Shown here in pieces: positions 1 through 9,719 of a stretch of DNA of 32,704 bases. Location of the stretch: the sequence record SRR22947727_5165; one strand, 5' to 3'. Made by a program: the position numbers and the translations under genes. Each line of letters starts with the position of its first letter. The stretch's first letter is position 1. The notes beneath the pieces are model-generated. The model did not search any database. It saw only the letters and a program-made list of their open reading frames with translations, and was not told the DNA's origin.

Positions 1-1
1 C

Positions 2-502
2 ACCCAGCGCAACTTCAACACCATCCGCACGGGCCGAGCCAATCCCTCGCTACTGGATCGAGTGAGTGTGGAGTACTACGGCGCTGATACACCACTGAAA
101 TCACTGGCGAGTCTCTCGACTCCCGATTCACAGACGATTGCCGTTCAACCCTTCGATATGGGATCTCTAGCGCTGATCGAAAAAGCAATCGCCACCAGTG
201 ATTTGGGATTCACGCCCAACAACGACGGCAAGGTCATCCGCATCAATGTGCCTCCACTCACAGAAGAGCGCCGTAAAGAGTTCTGCAAACTTGCCGCAAA
301 GTATTCAGAGGAGGGGAAGGTGGCCTTGCGCAGCGTGCGTCGCGACGCCATCGACAAAATCAAGAAACAAGAGAAGGAAGGAGATCTTTCAGAGGATCAA
401 AGCCGAGATGAGCAAGATCAAATTCAGAAAACAACCGATCGTTTCATCGCAGAACTGGAAAAACATTTAGCGGATAAAGAGGTTGAAATCCTCAAGGTTT
501 GA
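2..502 (+). CDS. frr: Ribosome recycling factor (5' end outside window)
   Basis: Frame is open from base 2: [21 protein letters not shown]...[10 protein letters not shown]...[13 protein letters not shown] and PPLTEERR are RRF signatures. Confidence 0.97.
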   Translation, partial: TQRNFNTIRTGRANPSLLDRVSVEYYGADTPLKSLASLSTPDSQTIAVQPFDMGSLALIEKAIATSDLGFTPNNDGKVIRINVPPLTEERRKEFCKLAAKYSEEGKVALRSVRRDAIDKIKKQEKEGDLSEDQSRDEQDQIQKTTDRFIAELEKHLADKEVEILKV

Positions 503-1629
503 GCACCACTGACGTTGCTGTTATCGGGGCCGGTGCAGCCGGCTCCAGCACGGCTTTCCATCTCGCCCGCTTAGGTCATCGCGTCACCGTTTTGGAACGG
601 GACCGATCAGAGCGGGTGAAGCCATGCGCTGGTGGGATGGCGGCCTCCGTTCAGCAGTGGTTCCCCTTCGACTTACAACCAGCCGTTGATGACGTCATCC
701 AACAGGTGGATTTCAGCTGGTGTCTCACTGATCCTGTGGTCGCGGAGCTTCCAGGCTCTGCACCCTTCTGGATCGTCAAGCGTGAGCGGCTCGACGCACT
801 CTTGCTGGAGCAAGCGATCGCTTTAGGGGCAGAGCTGCGGCAGCCCTTCGAGGTTGTGGACCTTCAGCAGGATGAAAGCCATTGGCTTGTACGCAGCAAG
901 GGCGGGGAGGTGATCGAGGCCAAAGCCGTGGTTCTGGCCGATGGCTCCGGTTCTCCTTGGCCCACACGCTTAGGAATCGGCCCTCGATCTCTGCACATGG
1001 CCAAGACGCTCTCTGTTCGCCTCGAAGGAATGGGAAGCTTGCAACCTGGCACCGCCAGGTTTGAATTTGGGCTCGTCCACCATGGTTTCGCCTGGGCGTT
1101 TCCACTGGCAAACGGCATCAATGTGGGAGTGGGCACGTTTATTGGACGCCGGGCCAGTGACGCGGAAGCCGTGCTCGAACAACTCCTACCGGATTTAGGG
1201 TTTGCCTCCACAGACGGGCTGCGACAAAACTCCGAATTAAGAGTCTGGAATGGCCACACACCCCTCCACGGCAAAGGCGTAGTGGCAGTCGGTGATGCCG
1301 CATCGCTCTGCGACCCCTTTCTTGCCGAAGGCCTCAGGCCGTCGCTGATGAGCGGCTGCGAAGCAGCGGCCAGTCTCGATTCTTGGCTGAACGGAACTCA
1401 GCCTGACCTTTCCAACTACTCAAAACGGATGCGCGAACGCTGGGGCGATTCAATGGCTTGGGGGCGTCGCATTGCCCAGGTGTTTTATCGCTTTCCAAAC
1501 GTGGGCTATCAACTCGGCATCAAACGTCCCACTGCTCCGCAGCGCATTGCCCAAATTCTCTCTGGTGAAATGGGATACGGGGACATCGCCCAGAGGGTCA
1601 TCCGCCGCTTGATGCTGCAAAGGGGTTAG
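499..1629 (+). CDS. Geranylgeranyl reductase family FAD-dependent oxidoreductase
   Basis: GAGAAG Rossmann motif, KPCAGG, ADG, and VGDAA...PFLAEG motifs. TTG start overlaps the frr stop (TTGA). Confidence 0.88.
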   Translation: MSTTDVAVIGAGAAGSSTAFHLARLGHRVTVLERDRSERVKPCAGGMAASVQQWFPFDLQPAVDDVIQQVDFSWCLTDPVVAELPGSAPFWIVKRERLDALLLEQAIALGAELRQPFEVVDLQQDESHWLVRSKGGEVIEAKAVVLADGSGSPWPTRLGIGPRSLHMAKTLSVRLEGMGSLQPGTARFEFGLVHHGFAWAFPLANGINVGVGTFIGRRASDAEAVLEQLLPDLGFASTDGLRQNSELRVWNGHTPLHGKGVVAVGDAASLCDPFLAEGLRPSLMSGCEAAASLDSWLNGTQPDLSNYSKRMRERWGDSMAWGRRIAQVFYRFPNVGYQLGIKRPTAPQRIAQILSGEMGYGDIAQRVIRRLMLQRG

Positions 1630-3149
1630 AGATCAAGCGTGAGCTGTTGGGAATCATCGGGCGTAGGGTTTCGCCGTCGCCGGCGGCGACCTTGACCCGT
1701 TGGCGCTAAACCTGAACGTCTCGACCCATGGCGCTGCTGGATTCCATCAGCAATAGCAGAAAATCCAGAGCGCTCCCTGATCGCCCAAATCCTCTGCTTC
1801 GCCTCCCGAGCTGCAAGCGCAGGTTCCACCATGGGCAGGGGATAGTCCACTCCAAGCTGGAGCCCTGCCTGACGTTGCGCTGCCATCGACAACTTCCACG
1901 GCTCATGCACGTAGACATCGGGAACCAGGTGGAGTTCAGGACACCAAGTGCGAATGAATTCACCCTTCAAGTCATGGTCTTGCCCCTGCTTAATCGGGTT
2001 GTAGACCCGCTCGGTATTGATGGCTGTGCTGCCTGACTGCATTTGGCACTGGCTCCAGTGGATCCCGGGCTCGTAGTCCACAAACTGTCGCGCCAGATGA
2101 AGTCCGCTGTCCCGCCACGGCAACCAGAGGTGGTAGCTGGCAAACGACATCAACATCGCTCGCATCCTGAAGTTGATCCAACCGTGGGCCCGCAATGCGC
2201 GCATGCAGGCATCCACGAAGGGCACTCCAGTGCGTCCCTCCGACCAGGCAGAGAGTCGCTCATCATCCGCACAGCGCAACCCGCGCATGAACGGATGAAA
2301 ATCTTCGAATTCAATCGCTGGCTGCGCTTCTAGCTTTTGGATGAAGTGGCAATGCCAATGCAGGCGTGACTCAAAACTGCTAATTCCACGACCGCTAAAG
2401 CCACGGCTTGTTTGGATTACCTCTCGCATCGAGAGACATCCCCAAGTGAGATAAGCAGAGAGGCGTGAACACCCGGTAAACGCGGTGTTGGGGCTGGAGA
2501 TGGAGCGTGCATAGCCGGACGCCCGATGTTCGAGGAAATCGTCCAGCTCCAGCAAGGCCATGGAACGACCACCGCTTTGGCGATGCGGGCATGGATCGGC
2601 TGCCAGCTCCGGATGGGGGCGATCAGGAATGATGCCTGCCTCGATCCCCTCGATCGATGGCAGCCCTAACGGGGAAGGCGTGATTGGCTCAGCCATCTGC
2701 GCCTCCCAGCGCTTGGCCCATCGATTGCGGGACCGCAGACGGCGGATCACGCCAAATTGGGGAATCTCCTTCCAAGCGATGCCGTGCTGCCGGCACCAGA
2801 GCGCGACGCGTTGGTCACGCTGATACGTCCAACCATTTCCGGTTTCTTCATGGCTCCAGAGCCCATCAAGACCAAATTGACGATGGGCACGCTCAAACAC
2901 CTCCAACACATCACCACGGCGCACCAGCAGCGGTTGACCCAGCTCCGCCAACGCGAGCCGCAAATCCAGCAAAGACTCTCGGCAAAACAACCACTGCCGC
3001 TCGGAGACATCTTGCTGCTGCCACAACTCAGGCTCAACGACATAAAGCGGCAGCACTGGCCCCCTAAGCAAGGCCTGCTGCAAGGGCTGGTGATCCTTCA
3101 CCCGGAGGTCTCGCTTGAACCAGACAAGCTGGAGCGCCATTGCAGCCAA
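1626..3149 (-). CDS. DNA photolyase/cryptochrome family flavoprotein
   Basis: LVWFKRDLRVKDH, SRLSAYLTWG, GRTGVPFVDACMR, WINFRMRAML, FVDYEPGIHW, RVYNP motifs. Start may be the ATG at 3140. Confidence 0.92.
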   Translation of the reverse strand: MAAMALQLVWFKRDLRVKDHQPLQQALLRGPVLPLYVVEPELWQQQDVSERQWLFCRESLLDLRLALAELGQPLLVRRGDVLEVFERAHRQFGLDGLWSHEETGNGWTYQRDQRVALWCRQHGIAWKEIPQFGVIRRLRSRNRWAKRWEAQMAEPITPSPLGLPSIEGIEAGIIPDRPHPELAADPCPHRQSGGRSMALLELDDFLEHRASGYARSISSPNTAFTGCSRLSAYLTWGCLSMREVIQTSRGFSGRGISSFESRLHWHCHFIQKLEAQPAIEFEDFHPFMRGLRCADDERLSAWSEGRTGVPFVDACMRALRAHGWINFRMRAMLMSFASYHLWLPWRDSGLHLARQFVDYEPGIHWSQCQMQSGSTAINTERVYNPIKQGQDHDLKGEFIRTWCPELHLVPDVYVHEPWKLSMAAQRQAGLQLGVDYPLPMVEPALAAREAKQRIWAIRERSGFSAIADGIQQRHGSRRSGLAPTGQGRRRRRRNPTPDDSQQLTLDL

Positions 3150-3221
3150 CCCCCCTAAATCTCCCGACGAATGACCCTAACGATTGAATATGGACTCAGC
3201 GAGCCTCTGTTGCAAGCCACT

Positions 3222-3258
3222 AAAAAACACGCCTTCACTCCATAGAGCGAGGGCGTGC
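3222..3258 (-). terminator. Rho-independent terminator downstream of tal
   Basis: Minus strand reads GCACGCCCTCGCTC-TATG-GAGTGAAGGCGTGT followed by a T run, about 30 bp after the tal stop. Confidence 0.8.
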
Positions 3259-3287
3259 TTGCTGTCTGGAGCCTTAAACAAGCTCGA

Positions 3288-4460
3288 TCAAACGGCGGTC
3301 AAAGACAAGGCGCCACCGAAACCCAAGCGCACATCGTCTGGTGTCAAACGACCGTCATGATCCTGATCTAAGGCATCAAAGACCGCATCACTTCCCAACC
3401 ATTCATCGCGGGTGATGCAGCCATCACCGTTGAAATCGTTCAGCAGGAAAATCTCTTGAACGGCATGGCTGAACGCAGAGCCACCCTCGATCTGAGCCAA
3501 ACGGTGAGCAAGTTGCTGCTCGAGAGTTTCAATCGCTTTGCTGAAACCTTTGATGCCTTCACTGAGCTTGTCAGTAGCCATCCGATCCTCAGCCATCATG
3601 GAGACGAAGCGCTCCTGATCCACGTTCATTTGCTCTGCAACAGGAGCAAGATTGGAAGGATCTAACTTGCGAATCAGCGAAGCATCACTACTACGCAATT
3701 GATCCAACAATTTCGGGGAAATGGTCAATAGATCACAACCTGCAAGCTCAGTGATTTCATCAAGATTGCGGAAGCTGGCCCCCATGATTTCGGTTTTGTA
3801 GCCGTATGTCTTGAAGTAGTTGAAGATGCTGGTCACTGAAATCACACCAGGATCTTCTGGACCTGGATAGGAATCGCGCCCTGTATCGGCCTTGAACCAA
3901 TCAAGAATGCGACCAACAAACGGCGAGATCAACGTGACGCTTGCTTCGGCGCAGGCCACAGCCTGAGAGAAACCAAACAGCAGAGTGAGGTTGCAATGAA
4001 TGCCATCCTTCTCAAGAACTTCAGCCGCTTTGATTCCTTCCCACGTGGAGGCAATTTTGATCAAGACACGTTCATTACTGATTCCCGAGTCGTTGTAAAG
4101 GCGAATAAGTTTCCGACCTTTTTCAATCGTGGCCTCTGTGTCGTAACTGAGGCGGGCATCAACCTCCGTTGAAACACGGCCAGGAACGATCTTCAGAATT
4201 TCCTTTCCAAATATCACGCTGATTTCATCGAGCGCTTCATGCACCACTTGCTCCACCGGAGCGCTCTCTCCTAGAAGCCGGCGTGACGAACGCAAGGCTT
4301 CATCGATGAGATTCTCGTAAGCAGGAATCTGTGCTGCAGCAAGGATCAGGGAGGGATTGGTGGTCGCATCACGGGGAGTGAAACGCCTGATCGCTTCGAG
4401 ATCACCCGTATCGGCCACCACCACGGTCATGGCGGAAAGCTGCTCAAGGAGGGTGGCCAT
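3288..4460 (-). CDS. tal: Transaldolase with C-terminal EF-hand pair
   Basis: [27 protein letters not shown] (Schiff-base Lys), [16 protein letters not shown]-terminal [12 protein letters not shown] and [12 protein letters not shown]. Confidence 0.97.
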   Translation of the reverse strand: MATLLEQLSAMTVVVADTGDLEAIRRFTPRDATTNPSLILAAAQIPAYENLIDEALRSSRRLLGESAPVEQVVHEALDEISVIFGKEILKIVPGRVSTEVDARLSYDTEATIEKGRKLIRLYNDSGISNERVLIKIASTWEGIKAAEVLEKDGIHCNLTLLFGFSQAVACAEASVTLISPFVGRILDWFKADTGRDSYPGPEDPGVISVTSIFNYFKTYGYKTEIMGASFRNLDEITELAGCDLLTISPKLLDQLRSSDASLIRKLDPSNLAPVAEQMNVDQERFVSMMAEDRMATDKLSEGIKGFSKAIETLEQQLAHRLAQIEGGSAFSHAVQEIFLLNDFNGDGCITRDEWLGSDAVFDALDQDHDGRLTPDDVRLGFGGALSLTAV

Positions 4461-4513
4461 AGCGCACTAAAACTCTATGAATTCAACGTAGCGACGATTT
4501 TCAAACTGACAGC

Positions 4514-6325
4514 TCAAGGAGGAGGTGTGTCCGTTTGTGCAGATTTAACCCGACCACTTGGTGGGATTTTTTCAATCACCAGGAGCCCATCAATGATGGA
4601 TTTAGCCACAGGCAAAGCCACAGTTGAGCCATAGGCGTGCTCCCCCTGTGGTTCATCAACCACCACCAGCACGACATAACGAGGGTCCTCGATCGGAAGC
4701 GTTGCGACAAAACTGCAAATCAAGGCCCCAGGGACATACACACCATTCACTGCCTTTTGGGCTGTGCCTGTTTTGCCGCCAATGCGATAACCAGGGGTGC
4801 GCACCCCCTTACCGCTGCCTTTTTCCACCACGGATTCCATCCAGTTCAGCACTGTGCGCGTGACCTCTGGGCGAAGCAAGGGTTGCCCCATGCGCTCACC
4901 ACTCGGAGCCAATGCATGGCCAGCCCGTAAACCACGGGTGATGTGAGGACTCACAAGCCTCCCGCCATTGGCGATCAGTGCATGCAATTGAACAAGCTTG
5001 AGAGGTGTCAGCGAGAAGCCTTGACCGAATGCTGCTGTAGCTGGCTCGATGGGCTGCGTCGTGAATTGTTCCTTGGTCTTCAGCTGGCCCGCTACTGCAC
5101 CTGGAAGGTCTGTGTCCGGCTTCGCATCGAGCCCAAGCCGACTCAACCAGTCCCAATAATTAGAGGGACGCATTTTGCGCATCGCCTGCACCATGCCGAC
5201 ATTGCTTGAAACCTGAAGCACGGTTGCGAAATCCACGACGCCATTGCCCTTGCGGTCGTGGTTGCGAATCGGCCAGCCACCAATTGTGAGGGCCCCACTG
5301 TCGTAAACCGTCTCGTTGGGTTGGATCACACCTTCTTGAAGCGCTAAAGCCAAATTGATCGGCTTAAAAGTCGAACCCGGTTCGTAAAGGTCTTGAACAG
5401 ACCATTCGCGAAAACGCTCTGGATTGAAATCCCAATAGCGATTCGCGTCGTACGTCGGCGTTGAGGCCAGCGCCATTAATTCGCCATTGGTGACATCCAT
5501 CACGATCGCCACTCCCTTTTTGGCTTTCCAGGTCTTGACCTGTGCCGACAGGGCCTTGGCAGCCAGCTCCTGTAAGCGGGCATCCAAGGTGAGCTGCAAT
5601 CTCAAGTCATCCCCGAAAAACACGCCTGGCGCGAGGTTGTCTGGCAACGGGGTTCCGTCTGCTCCGCGACGAAGACTCCTGGCCTGTTCGTGACGCTGCA
5701 GGTCATCGTCACGACTCTGTTCCAGCCCCGCCTGGGGCTGACGCTCTTGATTGAGGAAACCAACGACATTGGCAAAAAGAGATCCCTGCGGATAGACGCG
5801 GTAGGGATAGGGCTCAAGATCGATGCCGCTGATTCCAAGGGAACGAACTGTTGTTGCCGTTTCAGGGTCAACGCCCTCAGCCAACTTGATGCCAGACGCT
5901 CTGTCTCCCATCCTTTTGTTGAGCTCGCCAGAGGAAAGGGCCAACACGGGGGAGAGGCGTGCAGCAACCTCTTGACGGTCACGAATGAGCGTCGGCTCGT
6001 CGCCAGGAAAGTTGAAGTAACGAGGGTGAGCCCAGAGTCGATAACGCTCCTCGTCTAAGGCCACAAGCCTGCCGTTGCGATCCACAATCGGCCGGCGGCT
6101 GCCCAGGGGCTTGGTGCGTTGGGTTTGCACCACACGGGCCCGCGCCTCCAACTCGGAGGCTTGAACAATCTGTAACCAGGCCATACGCCCAACCAAACCC
6201 AATAAACCTGCACACAGCAGCACAAAGACCACTTTCATGCGACCCGCGGGCACCGGCTCAAGACGAATGACCCTTCGTCGTTCACGACGCGCCTTAGGGG
6301 TCGAGCCTTGCCGCTTGGCTGGCAT
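4514..6325 (-). CDS. ftsI: Class B penicillin-binding protein (FtsI/PBP3-like transpeptidase)
   Basis: N-terminal TM helix, RRPIVDRNG, YEPGSTFK (SxxK), SSN (SxN), KTGTAQK (KTG). Confidence 0.92.
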   Translation of the reverse strand: MPAKRQGSTPKARRERRRVIRLEPVPAGRMKVVFVLLCAGLLGLVGRMAWLQIVQASELEARARVVQTQRTKPLGSRRPIVDRNGRLVALDEERYRLWAHPRYFNFPGDEPTLIRDRQEVAARLSPVLALSSGELNKRMGDRASGIKLAEGVDPETATTVRSLGISGIDLEPYPYRVYPQGSLFANVVGFLNQERQPQAGLEQSRDDDLQRHEQARSLRRGADGTPLPDNLAPGVFFGDDLRLQLTLDARLQELAAKALSAQVKTWKAKKGVAIVMDVTNGELMALASTPTYDANRYWDFNPERFREWSVQDLYEPGSTFKPINLALALQEGVIQPNETVYDSGALTIGGWPIRNHDRKGNGVVDFATVLQVSSNVGMVQAMRKMRPSNYWDWLSRLGLDAKPDTDLPGAVAGQLKTKEQFTTQPIEPATAAFGQGFSLTPLKLVQLHALIANGGRLVSPHITRGLRAGHALAPSGERMGQPLLRPEVTRTVLNWMESVVEKGSGKGVRTPGYRIGGKTGTAQKAVNGVYVPGALICSFVATLPIEDPRYVVLVVVDEPQGEHAYGSTVALPVAKSIIDGLLVIEKIPPSGRVKSAQTDTPPP

Positions 6326-6329
6326 CTGT

Positions 6330-6785
6330 TTAATACCCGTGATGAATTGAACGATCCATCAAGGAGCCAATGAAAGCGAGATGATCGTGGGAACCACCGG
6401 ACTCCTCTTCATTGGGACGTTCGAGATACACCAATTTTTCAGCGGTCGTCGGAACCATCGACTTTGGAGTCTGGGTTCGATCGAGGAGATAACGCTCAAG
6501 CATTGCTGTGGACTCCGTCAGTCGGTGGCCCACGCCTCGGGTGTCCTCCAAGCGTTCAAAAGCAACCGTCCAGCGATATTGCCAGTGAAGCGTGAGTCCA
6601 CTGAGAGCCAGAACAGCTGTGAACACCCCAATCAAACTGCCATCAGCCGCACGATGAAGACCGGCAAGCAGGGGTGAGCGACGTGCAACACGCTTGGCGG
6701 ACAGTGACCCCTGAATGAGCTCAAAGGCACCAGTGGCAGATGCGTGTTCCTGTGGGGCAGGTTGAGTTTGGGGAACCGCGACCAC
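6330..6785 (-). CDS. Hypothetical bitopic membrane protein, FtsL-like candidate
   Basis: One TM segment (SLIGVFTAVLALSGLTLHW) followed by an amphipathic helix. Ends 4 bp before the ftsI start. Confidence 0.75.
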   Translation of the reverse strand: MVAVPQTQPAPQEHASATGAFELIQGSLSAKRVARRSPLLAGLHRAADGSLIGVFTAVLALSGLTLHWQYRWTVAFERLEDTRGVGHRLTESTAMLERYLLDRTQTPKSMVPTTAEKLVYLERPNEEESGGSHDHLAFIGSLMDRSIHHGY

Positions 6786-6872
6786 GTTGAACGATTAGGG
6801 CAATGCGCCAGTGAACCACCCGTATGGTCCGCCCGCAAGGCTGAAATGTCTTACAGCATCAGGGAAATCAAC

Positions 6873-8264
6873 TCAACTTCCCAGCAGGACAAGATTCAGG
6901 AAGGTGACACCGTTCCAGAGAGCATGCATCACCACACAAGGAAGGAGTCGACCACTGCTTAAACGCAGCAATGCCAAACCCAAACCAAGAACCAACAAAG
7001 GAAGTAACTCACCAATGCTGAGGTGAGCAACCGCAAACACAAGGGCGCTGCCAAAAACGCTCCAACCCCGCCCGAAGGAGCGTCCTAAAACGGGCAACAG
7101 CACCCCACGGAACACTGTTTCTTCAAACAGAGGGGCGAGCACAACCGCGGTGATGGCCAGCAGGAACAAGGCCAACGGATCGCTGCCGTTCAGCACCATT
7201 TCCAGCAATGGATTACTGCCTCCCTGATCGCCGATAAAGCGACTCATCAGCCAACCGGTTAACACCACAGGCGGCATCACCATCAACCAGGCGCGGCCGC
7301 CCTGAAACAGTGCCGTCCACCATGGGCTCACGCGCCACTGAAGCCAACCACCTGCAGGCAGCAAACGCTGATCAAGACCATCAAGCTGACTTTTGAGGAT
7401 GAGCAACGGCGGCGTCGCGAGAGCGCAATAGCCAATCAGCACAGCCACCGACTGGTTGAGTGGCGCCGCAATGCTCCGAGCCACCAAGGCTGAAAGAGGA
7501 GTGACTAAAAGTGGGACCAGCACCTCGCCCAGCACCACAAAACCCCCAGCGATCAGCAGCACCATGTCCACCAAACCAAGGGGTGCGGCTTGCAGTTCAG
7601 GCCAGGACGATTGCTTGCGGCGCAGAAGCAACCAAAGCTGACGAACCAGCAGAAGAGAACCCAACAACAGTGCTCCGAGCGGCATCAGCTCACTCAGAAC
7701 AAGACGTCGAGCCGCGGCCTTGGATGCAGCCTTGGCTGCAGAGCTTTCAAGGCAATCGGACTGTTCACCTCCCAATGCTTGACACACCAGACGCCGGGTT
7801 AAGGGATCAGGACTGTTGTCAGACAACAACTCCTGGTCCTGTGAGGAGAGGTCACGGGGACGCGGCTCGATGGCCAAACTTTCCTGAAGCGTCCGAAGGT
7901 TTGGGGTTTGAAGTGGAGTCTCCAACAAGGTCTTGCGACGCCCTGGATCGTTTTCTAACGATGCAAATAACAGTGTTTGGCGATCGCTGAGGCTGTCGAG
8001 AGGGGTCTCTCTCAACGTTTCAAGCAAGCTCGCAGCAGGATCTTGGCCAACAAGCAGAGGTTTGAGCGATGGCACCAAGGCGGGATCCGCCAACAACGCC
8101 AGCTCTTGCTGCTCCAACGACAAAGCGGGAGCCACAGATGGGCGCCCGAGGCTGTCCATCAAGCCGAGGAACCAAACGCTGCAAGCCAGCACCATCGAAA
8201 CGACAGCTAGAAGGACTTTCCACTTAGGTGCTGCGTTTGAACGTCCGTTCAGCGGGCTGGTCAA
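6873..8264 (-). CDS. CPBP/Abi (CAAX protease-like) intramembrane metalloprotease
   Basis: APLFEETVFRG (EExxxR), FAVAH and HALWN motifs with multiple TM helices. Start placed at TTG 8264 to reduce overlap with the divergent gene; the ORF track extends to 8393. Confidence 0.9.
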   Translation of the reverse strand: MTSPLNGRSNAAPKWKVLLAVVSMVLACSVWFLGLMDSLGRPSVAPALSLEQQELALLADPALVPSLKPLLVGQDPAASLLETLRETPLDSLSDRQTLLFASLENDPGRRKTLLETPLQTPNLRTLQESLAIEPRPRDLSSQDQELLSDNSPDPLTRRLVCQALGGEQSDCLESSAAKAASKAAARRLVLSELMPLGALLLGSLLLVRQLWLLLRRKQSSWPELQAAPLGLVDMVLLIAGGFVVLGEVLVPLLVTPLSALVARSIAAPLNQSVAVLIGYCALATPPLLILKSQLDGLDQRLLPAGGWLQWRVSPWWTALFQGGRAWLMVMPPVVLTGWLMSRFIGDQGGSNPLLEMVLNGSDPLALFLLAITAVVLAPLFEETVFRGVLLPVLGRSFGRGWSVFGSALVFAVAHLSIGELLPLLVLGLGLALLRLSSGRLLPCVVMHALWNGVTFLNLVLLGS

Positions 8265-8386
8265 CAGACGATGGGCAACTGCAACCAATTCTCTCCGGCG
8301 AAGGGCTACCAACGACCGATTTTGACCATTTCGGCGTGATTGGACCGTGCGCCCATACGATGACCGCGCCTTTCCCCCTTGTTGCG

Positions 8387-9715
8387 GTGTCACTGCGTCT
8401 CCTCCTGGTCCGCCACGGCCTGAGCAGCTTCAACATTGAGCGCCGCATCCAGGGGCGCAACGATCTATCAACACTCACAGCCACTGGCGAAGACCAGGCG
8501 CGACGCATGGGCGTGGCCTTGGCCGACGTCCCGATTGATGCGGCCTACAGCTCACCTCTTCAACGTGCTGCCGCTACCACAGCCGGAGTGCTGAGCGTGC
8601 GTCAAGACGGCCTGGCCCCCGTTCTGGATAACGGACTGCTGGAGATTGATCTCGAGCCCTGGAGCGGGCTAACAGCCGATGAACGGGCGATCCAGGATCC
8701 AGAGGGCTACGCCACCTGGCGTCAACGACCGGAAGAGCTAGAACTCACCCGCGCTGACGGCACCCGGTATCAACCTCTAACCGAGTTGATGGTTCAGGCG
8801 CGGGCGTTCTTGAAAGGCCTCATGGAGCGGCATCCAGTGACTGGCGACGACACCGTTCTGGTCGTGGGTCACAACGCCATTCTTCGCTGCTTAATTCTGG
8901 TGTTGTTGGGCGAGCCTCAAGGAGGCTTCAGGCGGCTACGCCTGGACAATGCATCGTTGTCGGTGTTCAACCTCTCTTCCGGGCCTAATGGCTACCAAGT
9001 CCAGATCGAATGCTTAAACAGCATTGCCCACTTAGAGCCGGCTCTGCCAGCCAAAGGCACCAAGGCGCGTCTGGTGCTTGTCCGCCACGGTGAAACAGAT
9101 TGGAACAGGCAGGGGCGATTCCAAGGACAGATTGATATTCCCCTCAATAGCAACGGCCATGCCCAAGCAGAGGCGGCTCGCTCCTTCCTCGAGGCTGTGA
9201 CTCTGGATCGGGCTTACAGCAGCTCGATGTCTCGTCCAAGAGAAACCGCTGAGGGGATTTTGAAATCGCACGCCGGCGTACCGCTCACCGTGACTGATGG
9301 CCTGATGGAAATCGGCCACGGGCTTTGGGAGGGAAAGCTGGAATCAGAAATTCGAGAGGGCTGGGAAGAGTTACTCCAGGCCTGGAAGGACGCTCCCGAG
9401 ACGGTGCAAATGCCCGAAGGCGAAACGATTCAAGACGTATGGGAACGCTCTGTGGCCTGCTGGAACAGCATCGCGGATGGGCTCGATCCTTCAGAGACAG
9501 CCTTAGTTGTGGCGCATGATGCAGTGAACAAAACAATCCTGTGTCACCTCTTAGGCCTTGCCCCCAAAGACATTTGGGCCGTGAAACAAGGCAACGGAGG
9601 CGTCACGGTGATCGACATGCCAGAAGATCCAAGCCAACCTGCAGTGGTGAGTTGCCTTAATCTCACCTCCCACCTCGGTGGGGTTCTGGATCGAACAGCA
9701 GCGGGAGCACTCTGA
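8387..9715 (+). CDS. Tandem-domain histidine phosphatase (phosphoglycerate mutase family; possible phosphoserine phosphatase)
   Basis: Two RHG motifs (LVRHGLSSFN, LVRHGETDWN), each with a later SS..R motif and a VVGH/VVAH His. Start at GTG 8387 or ATG 8360. Confidence 0.9.
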   Translation: MSLRLLLVRHGLSSFNIERRIQGRNDLSTLTATGEDQARRMGVALADVPIDAAYSSPLQRAAATTAGVLSVRQDGLAPVLDNGLLEIDLEPWSGLTADERAIQDPEGYATWRQRPEELELTRADGTRYQPLTELMVQARAFLKGLMERHPVTGDDTVLVVGHNAILRCLILVLLGEPQGGFRRLRLDNASLSVFNLSSGPNGYQVQIECLNSIAHLEPALPAKGTKARLVLVRHGETDWNRQGRFQGQIDIPLNSNGHAQAEAARSFLEAVTLDRAYSSSMSRPRETAEGILKSHAGVPLTVTDGLMEIGHGLWEGKLESEIREGWEELLQAWKDAPETVQMPEGETIQDVWERSVACWNSIADGLDPSETALVVAHDAVNKTILCHLLGLAPKDIWAVKQGNGGVTVIDMPEDPSQPAVVSCLNLTSHLGGVLDRTAAGAL

Positions 9716-9719
9716 ACCC

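Noticed and set aside
8228..8393. Apparent 166-bp head-to-head overlap of the CAAX protease and histidine phosphatase
   Set aside because: Artefact of longest-ORF start choice. Starts at 8264 (-) and 8387 (+) remove the overlap and match domain boundaries.
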